A DNA stretch of 64,000 nt from Oopsacas minuta (Eukaryota > Animalia > Porifera), in NCBI GenBank assembly GCA_024704765.1, contig JAKMXF010000324.1, forward strand, positions 124,001 to 188,000, in the 5' to 3' direction. Shown here in pieces: positions 45,901 to 55,200 of this stretch. Every line of letters starts with the position of its first letter. Positions within the stretch are counted from its first letter, which is position 1. Below the pieces are notes generated by a model, which saw nothing but the letters and a program-made list of their open reading frames with translations, did no database searches and was not told where the DNA came from. The position numbers and the translations under genes are program-made.

Positions 45901-46319
45901 CCCGAGAATCATTACAAAATCCTATCTTTAAACTCGTCATGAAAGCAAAAGCTCTCGGCGCTGATAGTAAATACTCTGGCCTATCATTACCACTACCATG
46001 TGATCTACAAATCGTAAATATACGCGCCCTATCGCCCCAAGATCCAACCAAGAGTGAATCGGCATTAATCCTACACAAATTCATATATAACTGTGAACTT
46101 CCTACCACTGGAATTCCATTCAACCACTGTGGTAACCAAGATGCGGATGGTGTGGATATAACTAAACTATTCTCCAAACAGAGATTAGTTGAAATAACAC
46201 ATACGAGCCTTACAATGTTGCAAGAAATGAAACCGAAAGTTAAAAGTTCAATCGCCAACTTCGACTCAATCGATATTAAATCTTATAAGTTGACTTTTGC
46301 AACAAATATTAGTCAATAA
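42948..46319 (+). CDS. MAN2A1: Golgi alpha-mannosidase II (GH38), 1123 aa, intronless
   Basis: Type II membrane anchor, VPHSHNDPGW, WCIDPFG (nucleophile Asp), CGPDPKICCQFDF, YWSGYYTSRPFYK, FQHHDGVTGT and SGAYLF. Confidence 0.96.
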   Translation: MKYAKRVAILAAFITISLIIILYNSLGFKDYESLKDHSDVEESISQIEMRLANIRESVHKSASVLPNFPEIKRPDKPKEEFKLPAPDQTDKFLETHCVSPRGELSGTRISETYEEIAFNDIDGGVWKQGWPVTYDESEYTDKDPLEVFIVPHSHNDPGWIKTFWDYYNSQTRNILDNIVDILTENEQRRFIWAEISYLDLWWKEQKEDRKNKFRKLVLNGQLEISTAGWVMNDEANTHYSSMIDQLFEGHQWTRDNISPNFMPKTSWCIDPFGTSPTMAYILNRAGIPYLAMQRVHYEVKKYLARQKRLEFSWRQSWAVGTQDSSTDTFTHLFPFYSYDIPHTCGPDPKICCQFDFKRMAPDRLTCPWGINARAIDNNNIQERASTLVDQYKKHSTLYGTNKLLIILGDDFRYQTYSEAHAQFDNYERLFQFINSNKDMHTKIQWGTLNEYFQAVMKEKNQLIESGSPKIESFQPISGDFFTYADRRNHYWSGYYTSRPFYKEMDRDLRSHLRAAEIFYSLARIQDTTRMEGMYDMLVTSRQNAALFQHHDGVTGTAKTFVNNDYGERMLTSLKNCENVISQSTQILMGHHSAENIIFDIDEHRVKQDGLPQRITIDTGSEDRYVVFVNSLGHERRELVSIRVNSVQLAVFGPSGENILAQISPAFDFPFQLRDDAFDLYFEITVPPLGASQYKIERREKGKSQVTVSKLYFHNHAEFKSNTFTTEPISDSEISFENSYITATFTRNQATLTAVHSSEFNTKVIIEFLTYISNFNSRDDRSGAYLFIPIGSAKIFRDMNSPNVFVQRGELISKICGRFLYLTHCSSLIHTKSIEATSVQFENYINLIVDNEEVVMRLKTSVKSKGENYFYTDLNGLTVQRRKYHSKLGIQGNFYPMPTLAYIEDINTRVSIHSKQSLGVGSLENGCIEVMLDRRPIYDDSRGLEQGVTDNKAIVGKFRLHVEYSQQGIKEANSELSFPSLVSQITRESLQNPIFKLVMKAKALGADSKYSGLSLPLPCDLQIVNIRALSPQDPTKSESALILHKFIYNCELPTTGIPFNHCGNQDADGVDITKLFSKQRLVEITHTSLTMLQEMKPKVKSSIANFDSIDIKSYKLTFATNISQ

Positions 46320-46965
46320 GGTTATGTATTAATTAATTCTCATTAATAACTTTTCAAACTTCCAATTGTGTATGATTGTAGTTATGCACTTGTTGCGAAT
46401 GTTCAAAAACCTCCGCAATAATTGTCAGAATTATAATTATTGGTAGAGATTTTAAGATGCGACATCGGTGAAGAACCTTTCGCCCTTGAAACATTATTAG
46501 GGCCCCCTCGCATAGGCTGTGTACAACTTTTGAGATCCTGTGGACCAGAGTTCCCTCTAACTGTCGGAGGGCAGCATATCTGGGGTGTTGTCAGAATTCA
46601 TGGGATTATAACCGAAGTTTGGGTCGTACTAGCAAAAATGTGATAAATTCGGGGAAATATCGATATTAAGCGAAAAATTTTGGAAGGAGTAACGTCTAAT
46701 CGCGACAAAATTCAGGTTAATACCCCCAGGAATCCTTAAGAGGGAAAAACTGCTGTATACACCCTACTGTTGTTTATGGACCACCTATGGACACCAGGTT
46801 GGGACCATGAGATAAAGTGACAAATTCTCGCCCAATCAGATTTCATATTAACGGAATTAAGTATCATAAATAAAGCGGGGGAATTACTAAAATATAATTA
46901 ATAACTCAAAAGTAAATACAAATAATCACAGAATATAAAATATGAAAAGTAAGAAAGTGGAAATG

Positions 46966-48162
46966 TTAATATTTCTGGAAACAGCCTTTACCTTCAATGC
47001 CATTATTCACACATATAATATTATCTGAGTTATCTAATACAATACCGTTTAAGAAAGAGAGATGTCCTCTACCCAGAATATGCTTCATCACTCCTTGAGG
47101 TGAGAAGATACGGATATCGTTAGCTGCATTGTCTGTAATTAAGAAGTTCCCCTTCTTATCAATAGTGAAGAAGAGAGCTGCTGTCATTGGCTGATCCTGT
47201 CCAGTCAGCTGTATAATATTCTGGAGAGTACAGTCTCTGTTATAGCAGTAGATGGAGTTGTTTTGAGATAGGATGTAGATTCTGTCAGAGAATAGAGTAA
47301 TGTCTGTTGGAGCTTTGAGTTCTCCGTAGCCGAACTGTTTAATGAATTTAAGATTAGAATCAAATATTTGAATTCTTTGTATACTAAAATCACAGACATA
47401 TATTAACCCAGCTTCATGACGCAATCCTGAGATAGAAGTAAATCGTCCTTCTGTATTGCCTCTTGAGCCTGTTTCCTTTAGGAATTTTCCAGATAGGTTA
47501 AACTTCACAAGAGACTCTTTAGCTCTATCAGTAACGAATACTTCCTCTTTTGACAGACATATACCGTATGGCTCTTTCAAGTGGTCAGTTCCAAAAGAAC
47601 GCAAATACTTTCCTTCAGTAGTCAACACTTGAATACGACTGTTGTGATATTCACAAATATACAATTCATTACTTGCTCTATCTACTGTTATTCCTGCGGG
47701 ATCATTCAACTCTCCATTTCCTCTACCCCTCTTACAAACCTTAAGAATAGGGTTTTCCCTCCTGACGTATTCAGGAATGATTTCAAACAAATCTATTTCA
47801 TTAATGGTTTTACGAATTTTATCAGAGTAACAACGGAACTCAATAAACTCCAAGTTACCTACTTTTACCTTTTCAGCTATTTTCACTTCGATGTCTCTAT
47901 CTAGCGTTTGTTTCACTGTGTCTAGTGCTCCTCCTACCAAGTTGCTAGTCATTGTAGCCAGTATTTGATCTTTGGATATTCTCAACTGTTTTATTGCTTC
48001 CTCCAATTCTACATTCTTGTCGTATCCTTCCTTCATGTTAGCGAGTCTAGACAGAAGACTATCTCTGCGATCTGACAGATATTGGTAAAGTTCATCAAAA
48101 GTTCTTATTATTTCCATTTTCAGATCTTCTAGCTTTTGATCGACGTTGAAAACTGCAGCCAT
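46966..48162 (-). CDS. Coiled-coil + NHL repeat protein, copy B' (398 aa)
   Basis: Intact ORF, colinear with 27561..28760 apart from a one-codon deletion. Confidence 0.93.
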   Translation of the reverse strand: MAAVFNVDQKLEDLKMEIIRTFDELYQYLSDRRDSLLSRLANMKEGYDKNVELEEAIKQLRISKDQILATMTSNLVGGALDTVKQTLDRDIEVKIAEKVKVGNLEFIEFRCYSDKIRKTINEIDLFEIIPEYVRRENPILKVCKRGRGNGELNDPAGITVDRASNELYICEYHNSRIQVLTTEGKYLRSFGTDHLKEPYGICLSKEEVFVTDRAKESLVKFNLSGKFLKETGSRGNTEGRFTSISGLRHEAGLIYVCDFSIQRIQIFDSNLKFIKQFGYGELKAPTDITLFSDRIYILSQNNSIYCYNRDCTLQNIIQLTGQDQPMTAALFFTIDKKGNFLITDNAANDIRIFSPQGVMKHILGRGHLSFLNGIVLDNSDNIICVNNGIEGKGCFQKY

Positions 48163-49919
48163 TTCTATCCTAGAAATTCAAAAATATTTGTGTATATATT
48201 TCCCGGGAAAAATACAAAATGTCCAGCTCGCTGTCCTTTCATTATCCGTACAGTAAGTCTTATTTAAAAGACATTAAACAACTCAGTGAATAACCAAAAT
48301 GTATGAAAATTCTTAGCATATGCACTTGGAAGTAGGATGATGTAATCAGGCTTGTCATCCAGGAGCGCGTATTACAAAAAATTTGTGTAGTTAGTAGCAA
48401 GAAAATATTGAGAGTTAGGCGGATGTTACGCGCCAATTTTGGTGAATAATGTAATAATGGTAACAATCATAAAGGCCAATTGGAATGTATTATTGTTTGT
48501 AAGATTAATCAGTTGAATTCATTAATATTGGAAAATAATTCAAAAGGTAAACTGTGAATAATTAAAGAGAGGAAGCTTGATAGAGGATATGTAGGTTGAG
48601 TCCTAATACTACTGGTATTACACCTCTGGAATGTAGTATTAACCCTAGAATATGTAATGGATGTATGGTTTGATTCAAATTTAACTTTGATGCTTCCAAA
48701 ATTCAAATAGTCTAGGCGCGTAAGTCAAATCGAGAACTTGTTTAGGCGCGCTACAGATAAAAGCTGGAAGAAACCCTGGATGTAATATCCAAGTGACAAA
48801 CCTAAGATATACTATGTTTGTATTTACGTGTTGAATATCAAATTATCAGGTGTTAAGCAATTAATTCATTAAATACCAAATTACAAACAATCAAAAGGTA
48901 ACAAACTCACGAAAAATATGTTGTTGATATCAACTTTTGCAATTTGTTGTTGTTGACTTATAGTGTGTAGAAATGTGGTTGTGTTGTTGATTGATAATAT
49001 ATGGTGTGAATTATCAAATATATTCTATACACTATCATATCATCTACAGACTATATCTTAGCTATGTGGTTCTATAATAATACTTTCACTATCATATTTC
49101 AATTCCTTTACTGTGTTGATTACTATTACTTCTATAGTGGCTCAGTTCTAACATAACTTTGCGTGTGTATTAATATTCAATTGATATTTCTATGGTGAAA
49201 GCGAACAGATTTTGATTGTCCGGTGGTGCTCTAATTAATGAGGTTCCAGTTTACTTTCAAGAACATGAAGAGAAATGTTGGATTATATTTGTTGTTCTGT
49301 CATCTCTCAAAATACAACAATACTAACCAATTACAATTATGTAAATATATAAGCGACAATGTTGACGTCAATGGTTGCTATAGTCTATCTCATGGTCAGA
49401 TACATAAATATTCATAATATAACACCTTGACTAATTGTATTATAATATCTTAACAACAAACATGAATTCAAACGTCAGCAAGTACATATTGATTCATATC
49501 ATGCCACTATTTTTACACCTAATCATTCCTCTTCATAAACATACTTCCAAACGACTTGAAGAGAAATGTTGGAGCTTAGCAGACATAACTTACAAAAAGC
49601 AAAAAATACAGCTATTTGCTAAGTTCCCCCAAACTTCCGACTTCCCTGATTACTAATCAACTTTATCAACAACGAAAGTCCAACAAAGTAGTGTAGACAT
49701 CTGCGACGAGTGTCAGTCGCCACCTGTGTGTCGACAAAAGCATGCCGAGGATAGGTGGCCACAATAAAACACTAGCTACTTGATAGATGTTGTGAATAGT
49801 TGGGAATACTTTTGATTGCAGACGATCACATTTTAATACTGAGGTCAGTAAATATACTAAGCATGATATATATTGGTTATTGATTGGTTGTATAGGAATG
49901 TAATGAAATTTATAACAGC

Positions 49920-50097
49920 CAGGGTTTCATACAGGATTTTTGGTGGGGGAGGGACGATTGATGACACCCTATAAGGAACACTTTCCCATGTAAATAGTGC
50001 CATCCATATTGTTACTGTTGTCATAATACCATCAGTATTAATCTTTAGGAATTCTGAGGGGGAGAATCCCAGAGCGTCCCCTTCGTATGAAACCCTG
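49920..50097. mobile_element. hAT-like MITE
   Basis: TIRs cagggtttcatac / gtatgaaaccctg; no clear 8-bp target-site duplication. Confidence 0.7.
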
Positions 50098-50346
50098 ACA
50101 ACTCAATTGGAAGATTGCAAAACAAGCATTTTCTTAGTAAAGAAATATTCCAGTTAGTACTCAGCTTAAGACGTACTTCAGTTAGTACGCAATTAAGCTA
50201 ACGAGTACATCTTATAGAGGGTATACAACAATACACACCCTATCCTCTCACGGGATCAACCACCCGTGGGGTCCCTAGGGTGGAGGCACTAAGCTATGAA
50301 TAAATTGGCTTATAGATTAATCCGGGTCTGAGTATAATCACTAAAC

Positions 50347-50786
50347 CAGGGGTGCCCAACTCGATTTAATTGCGGGCCACATGGACCAATTTATAAATCT
50401 CAGATATATTTAAAGAAAATTTGTTGGAATATCTAAATTTCTACCCTCGATATCAACTTTCCTTTTCTTAGAACAAGGCTCCATTAATATAAATGATATA
50501 TATATTCTACAGGTAATTTGGGAGATGAGTAAACGCAGTATCTGAATTTCAATTATAAGCCTAGAATTATACTAGTTTATATTTATACACCGCTACGGAT
50601 TATTATTACTAAACACATGCACCTGTCGTGTATTGAAAATGAATAAGAATCCTCAAAATGTCAAATACAATGAAATTTGACACCCAGTATGAATGCTATC
50701 GAATTGTGGCTTAGGAATTGTTCAAGAATAAATAGTATATATTACAAAGTGCAAATTTTGCGCGGGCCGTATGTTGGGCACCCCTA
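50347..50786. mobile_element. hAT-family MITE with an intact 8-bp target-site duplication
   Basis: CACTAAAC|caggggtgcccaac...gttgggcaccccta|CACTAAAC. Confidence 0.92.
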
Positions 50787-51063
50787 CACTAAACCATGAG
50801 AGTGGTCCCCAGAGGCCTTTGGCAGGGCTCCATATACTATAAGTAGGGTTACCATCATTTGGTAAATAGGATGAGAAATGTAAAATCATGTGTAATACAA
50901 GTAACAGTTCCCCCATATCTAATATATACTGAAATAAGGATCGAAAATGTGTATTGGAAATATTCGGAATACTACAAAGTGTGAAAATAAGAAAATGAAA
51001 AATGAGTAATATACTAATTGGATAAAGCAAGATTATAGGAAATACACTCAAAGTAAGGAAATG

Positions 51064-52263
51064 TTAATATTTCTGGAAACAGTCTGGACCTTCAATGCCA
51101 TAATTCACACATATAATATTATCTGAGTTATCTAATACAATACCCATTAAGTTATAGAGATGTCCTCTACCCAGAATATGCTTCATCACTCCTTGAGGTG
51201 AGAAGATACGGATATCGTCAGCTGTATTAGTAATTAGAAAGTTCCCCTTCTTATCAATAGTGAAGAAGATAGCTGCTGGCATTGGCTGATCCTGTCCAGT
51301 CAGCTGTATAATATTCTGGAGAGTACAATCTCTGTTATAGCAGTGAATTGAGTTGTTGTTTTGAGATAGGATGTAGATTGTGTCAGACAATACTGTGATG
51401 TCTGTTGGAGCTTTGAGTTCTCCGTAGCCGAACTGTTTAATGAAGTTAAGATTAGAATCAAATATTTGAATTCTTTGTATACCAAAATCACAGACATATA
51501 TTAACCCAGCTTCATGACGCAATCCTGTGATAGAAGTAAATCGTCCTTTTGTAATGCCTCTTGAGCCTGTTTCCTTTAGGAATTGTCCTGCTAGGCTAAA
51601 CTTCACAATAGACTCTTTAGCTTTATCAGTAACGAATACTTCCTCTTTTGACAGACATATACTGCGTGGCTCCTTCAAGTGGTCAGTTCCAAAAGAACGT
51701 AAATACTTTCCTTCAGTAGTCAACACTTGAATACGACAATTGCTTTTGTCACAAATATACAATTCATTACTTGCACTATCTACTGCTATTCCTTTGGGAT
51801 TAGTCAACTCTCCATTTCCTCTACCCCTCTCACAAACTTTAAGAATAGGGTTTTCCCTCCTGACGTATTCAGGAATGATTTCAAACAAATCTATTTCATT
51901 AATGGTTTTACGAATTTTATCAGAGTAACAACGGAACTCAATAAACTCCAAGTTATCTACTTTTACCTTTTCAGCTATTTTCAGTTCGATGTTTCTATCT
52001 AGCGTTTGTTTGACTGTGTCTAGTAATCCTCCTACCAAGTTACTAGTCATTGTAGCGAGTATTTGATCTTTGGATATTCTCAACTGTTTTATTGCTGCCT
52101 CCAATTCTACATTCTTGCCGTCGTGTCCTTCCTTCATTTTAGCGAGTCTAGACAGAAGACTATCTCTGCGATCTGACAGATATTGGTAAAGTTCATCAAA
52201 AGTTCTTATTATTTCCATTTTCAGATCTTCTAGCTTTTGACCGACGTTGAAAACTGCAGCCAT
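51064..52263 (-). CDS. Coiled-coil + NHL repeat protein, copy A' (399 aa)
   Basis: Intact ORF with a one-codon insertion (GHDGKN) and a one-codon deletion (ITNTADD) relative to copy B. Confidence 0.93.
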   Translation of the reverse strand: MAAVFNVGQKLEDLKMEIIRTFDELYQYLSDRRDSLLSRLAKMKEGHDGKNVELEAAIKQLRISKDQILATMTSNLVGGLLDTVKQTLDRNIELKIAEKVKVDNLEFIEFRCYSDKIRKTINEIDLFEIIPEYVRRENPILKVCERGRGNGELTNPKGIAVDSASNELYICDKSNCRIQVLTTEGKYLRSFGTDHLKEPRSICLSKEEVFVTDKAKESIVKFSLAGQFLKETGSRGITKGRFTSITGLRHEAGLIYVCDFGIQRIQIFDSNLNFIKQFGYGELKAPTDITVLSDTIYILSQNNNSIHCYNRDCTLQNIIQLTGQDQPMPAAIFFTIDKKGNFLITNTADDIRIFSPQGVMKHILGRGHLYNLMGIVLDNSDNIICVNYGIEGPDCFQKY

Positions 52264-55200
52264 TTCTATTCTAGAATTTGTGTCAGAATTCTTATATTTA
52301 CCTTAGCTCCATACACGATGCAACAAAATTTCCCTCAAAATTCCAAACAAACTTTACGCAATAATTTTGCATCGAAAATTCACCAAACACAATTCAACTT
52401 TATTGTATCCAACAAAGATGGTAATTATGTATACTGTATGGCGGGTAATGGGTGCGGATATGAGCGTTCTCAAAGTCAGAAAGTGATTAATCATAATTTC
52501 AAAAGATGATTTGATTAAATTGGAAAGATATGAAATATACAAAAGTGCTAGAATAAGACTTACCCCCTCGGGATTCAAAAATTAGTACAAACTAACCGAG
52601 AGTACGTCTTAATCCGATTACGGTCGGAGTTGTACGCTCGTCAAGCCAGACCTTGGCCCGAGTGTTAGCCTTGCGCTATCTTGGCTCAGCTTACGAAATG
52701 TTATGCACCTATCAATGGTTGTTCTCAGGTCCCCAGTCCGTGCTATAGATTGTGATTTATAGGGAATTGATAATAAGTTTGCCATTTGTGGGGAATTTGA
52801 CATTTCGACTTGTAATCACAAATTTTGTCAACTATGGTACTGTAATTCCATAAATATTCAAACTGTGTTTGGACAAACATAAACTTAGTGCCAACTGCCA
52901 TACTAGAATGAGGAACGGTCACAGAGTATTGTCCCCTCGAAAGTACGTCTTAAGCTGATTACTTACTAAGTGTTATATTCGGAACGAAAAGGAACACGAT
53001 AATTTTCCTACTTCGTTTTATCCAATTCTCGCACCCAAATCGAGATTTTTAGCACCTTTTTAACGTCATAAAATGACACATTTTCCCGGCAGTATTTGGT
53101 TAAACTGAATACTTACTAACTCAATAATTCAAGTGAATCGTACAAATAATATTTTTATTGTAAAATAGAGTTATTTATGTTAAAAAGCGCTATAAGACAT
53201 TTAGCTGTTCTATGCTAAGGTAAATCCTAGGCACGAAGTCCTCGAGCATACATTATTCACAGCTACCAAGCGAGCTAGTTACATACGAAATAAAATAGAA
53301 AAGAACTCACTCAATAAGTTGTTGATACAAACAAGGATCACTTTATAGAGAGTTGTTGCAAGGTGTTGCTGTTGTTATTGTTGAAGATTCGAAATTGTTT
53401 TCAAGTAGTAAATGCAATTATATATAGAATGTTTAGTGTTCTTTCTATTCCTGTTAAATCCTTCTTACTGTATGGGTGTATATTATATTTTGAAAGTTTC
53501 AATTACACTCTACAAGACAAAAAGTATATAGAAATATATCTAGAGAATATCTCAAATTACATCTGTATCTAACACGTAGAAGGTACAACTTCGTGTCGCT
53601 ATTAACTTTAGTCCCTAATAACATATGTCCATACCATCAAATACGTTATGGAATACTCTGGCGATTGAATTTACTGTTATAACTTGCATATATTCAGAAA
53701 AATGTTGACATTCAATGTTTTATTGCAATTCCTATGTCCCACACAACAGGCAACACATGATATACAAGTTAGTCTTATCCATAGTCCTGTAATATATTGT
53801 AGAATGTCAATTTTTGGGTTATTACTACAAATTAATCTGGTATATTCATGGTTATTCATATATACTTGTAGTTATAATCGGAATATTTGTTATCCATTGT
53901 TCTTTAATGTAAATTCATTCATTGAGAATACTTGAGCTTGTAAACTTTAGCAATTATCTTTACTTACGAATGAATAATTTTATCTCCAAATTATCAAATT
54001 TTTGGCTTTTGGCATATGGAGTGCCATCACAGAAAATGAATTGTCCCAGTTTTGTAGATCAAATACACCCGAAAAATCTAATTTCCCGACAAAATACAAC
54101 CTTATTCACGCAATTCATTCATTCTCGCATATTTGCAAACTGTCCCGCTTTTTCCGCTATATTTAATGTCCCGCTAAAATTTGCAATAACCTTAATAGCT
54201 TTTCTTTATTCAGATATGTGAGTATGTCCTTGGTGTGCATCTAGCAGGTACAGACTACAATCGAAGTTTAATACGCCCAGTGGTTATCAGTTAAGATAAT
54301 GCAAAATTTTAATACTAACAACAGCGAGTATCTAATATCTCTTCTTATTAATTATAATCAAATACACAGTAATACTAGCCCTCTCTTGCTTGCGTACAAT
54401 TCACATCTGCTGGGCGGTTACATGTTGATATACACAGACTAAATACCATTAATAACTCCCTCTAACTATTTCTTGTCAAAATACCCACAAATTTCAACTC
54501 TACCTCACCACATCATAAGTTTAATTACTCCCAATTTAACCAGAGACAGCTTGCCCAGTCCCTCGGATAATTCCTACCCTCCAGATGCGCAGTAGCGTCA
54601 TTACATAATTTGATGGAAGCTCTTATAAGTTAACCATAACATTGATAAACTTTTATAATACAGCTGTCCACACCAGAAACCTGATTAACAAATGTTTGAT
54701 ATAGCTTCTACTAACTTAAGTTTACAAGTACTGTGAAGTTTCGTCGAACTTCTTTTCACTTAAAGTTGTTGAAAGTATAGTGCTAACCACTATTTTATTA
54801 ATTTTCAATCAGCTGTAATGATAAATTTGAAGGAAACTATGTTTGCATACTTGTATGTTGGTGTTATTATTGAAAATAAATGCTTACTATCGAAGCATTG
54901 GTGAGCTCTCTGTTTCATTATTAGCTAATTTGCTAAGTAATGCACTCACTGATTTGATGATTCACGATTATAATATTGGTAAACTGTTTGCATTGAGTCT
55001 TACGTAAAACAGTGCTGTTCTCCTTAGAGTACATTTTGTATTAGAAATAATTCCTCTAGCGAGTTCGCGTAATAGCAAGGGAAATTCGTGCAAAATATGA
55101 TTTGGCCTCCCACATTTATTATGATCATTAGACGTTGGTTCCATGGCCTTTCGCCACTGACTGTCCTTACCACTTTTCAAGAGCTTCCGACACAACTGAC

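Noticed and set aside
86-46319. Apparent cluster of lipid, nutrient-sensing and lysosome genes (WS/DGAT, NPRL2, INSIG, MITF, TBC, MAN2A1)
   Set aside because: It is a post hoc grouping of broad functions interleaved with unrelated genes, with no shared regulatory motif seen; it would need conserved synteny to matter.
50230-50340. GC-richer segment with a small hairpin, considered as a tRNA/SINE or ncRNA
   Set aside because: No A/B box or cloverleaf could be identified.
5051-52002. Recurrent antisense and alternate-frame ORFs over the NHL genes (e.g. MSVILVYKEFKY..., ...TNIQFITCSIYCYS...)
   Set aside because: They recur only because the underlying genes are near-identical, and they break at different places in each copy.
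3701-53572. Paired 65-69 aa ORFs in duplicated flanks (3701..3910 with 53363..53572; 27001..27198 with 48509..48706)
   Set aside because: They have TTG/GTG-type starts and no recognisable domain; their identity is explained by recent duplication.
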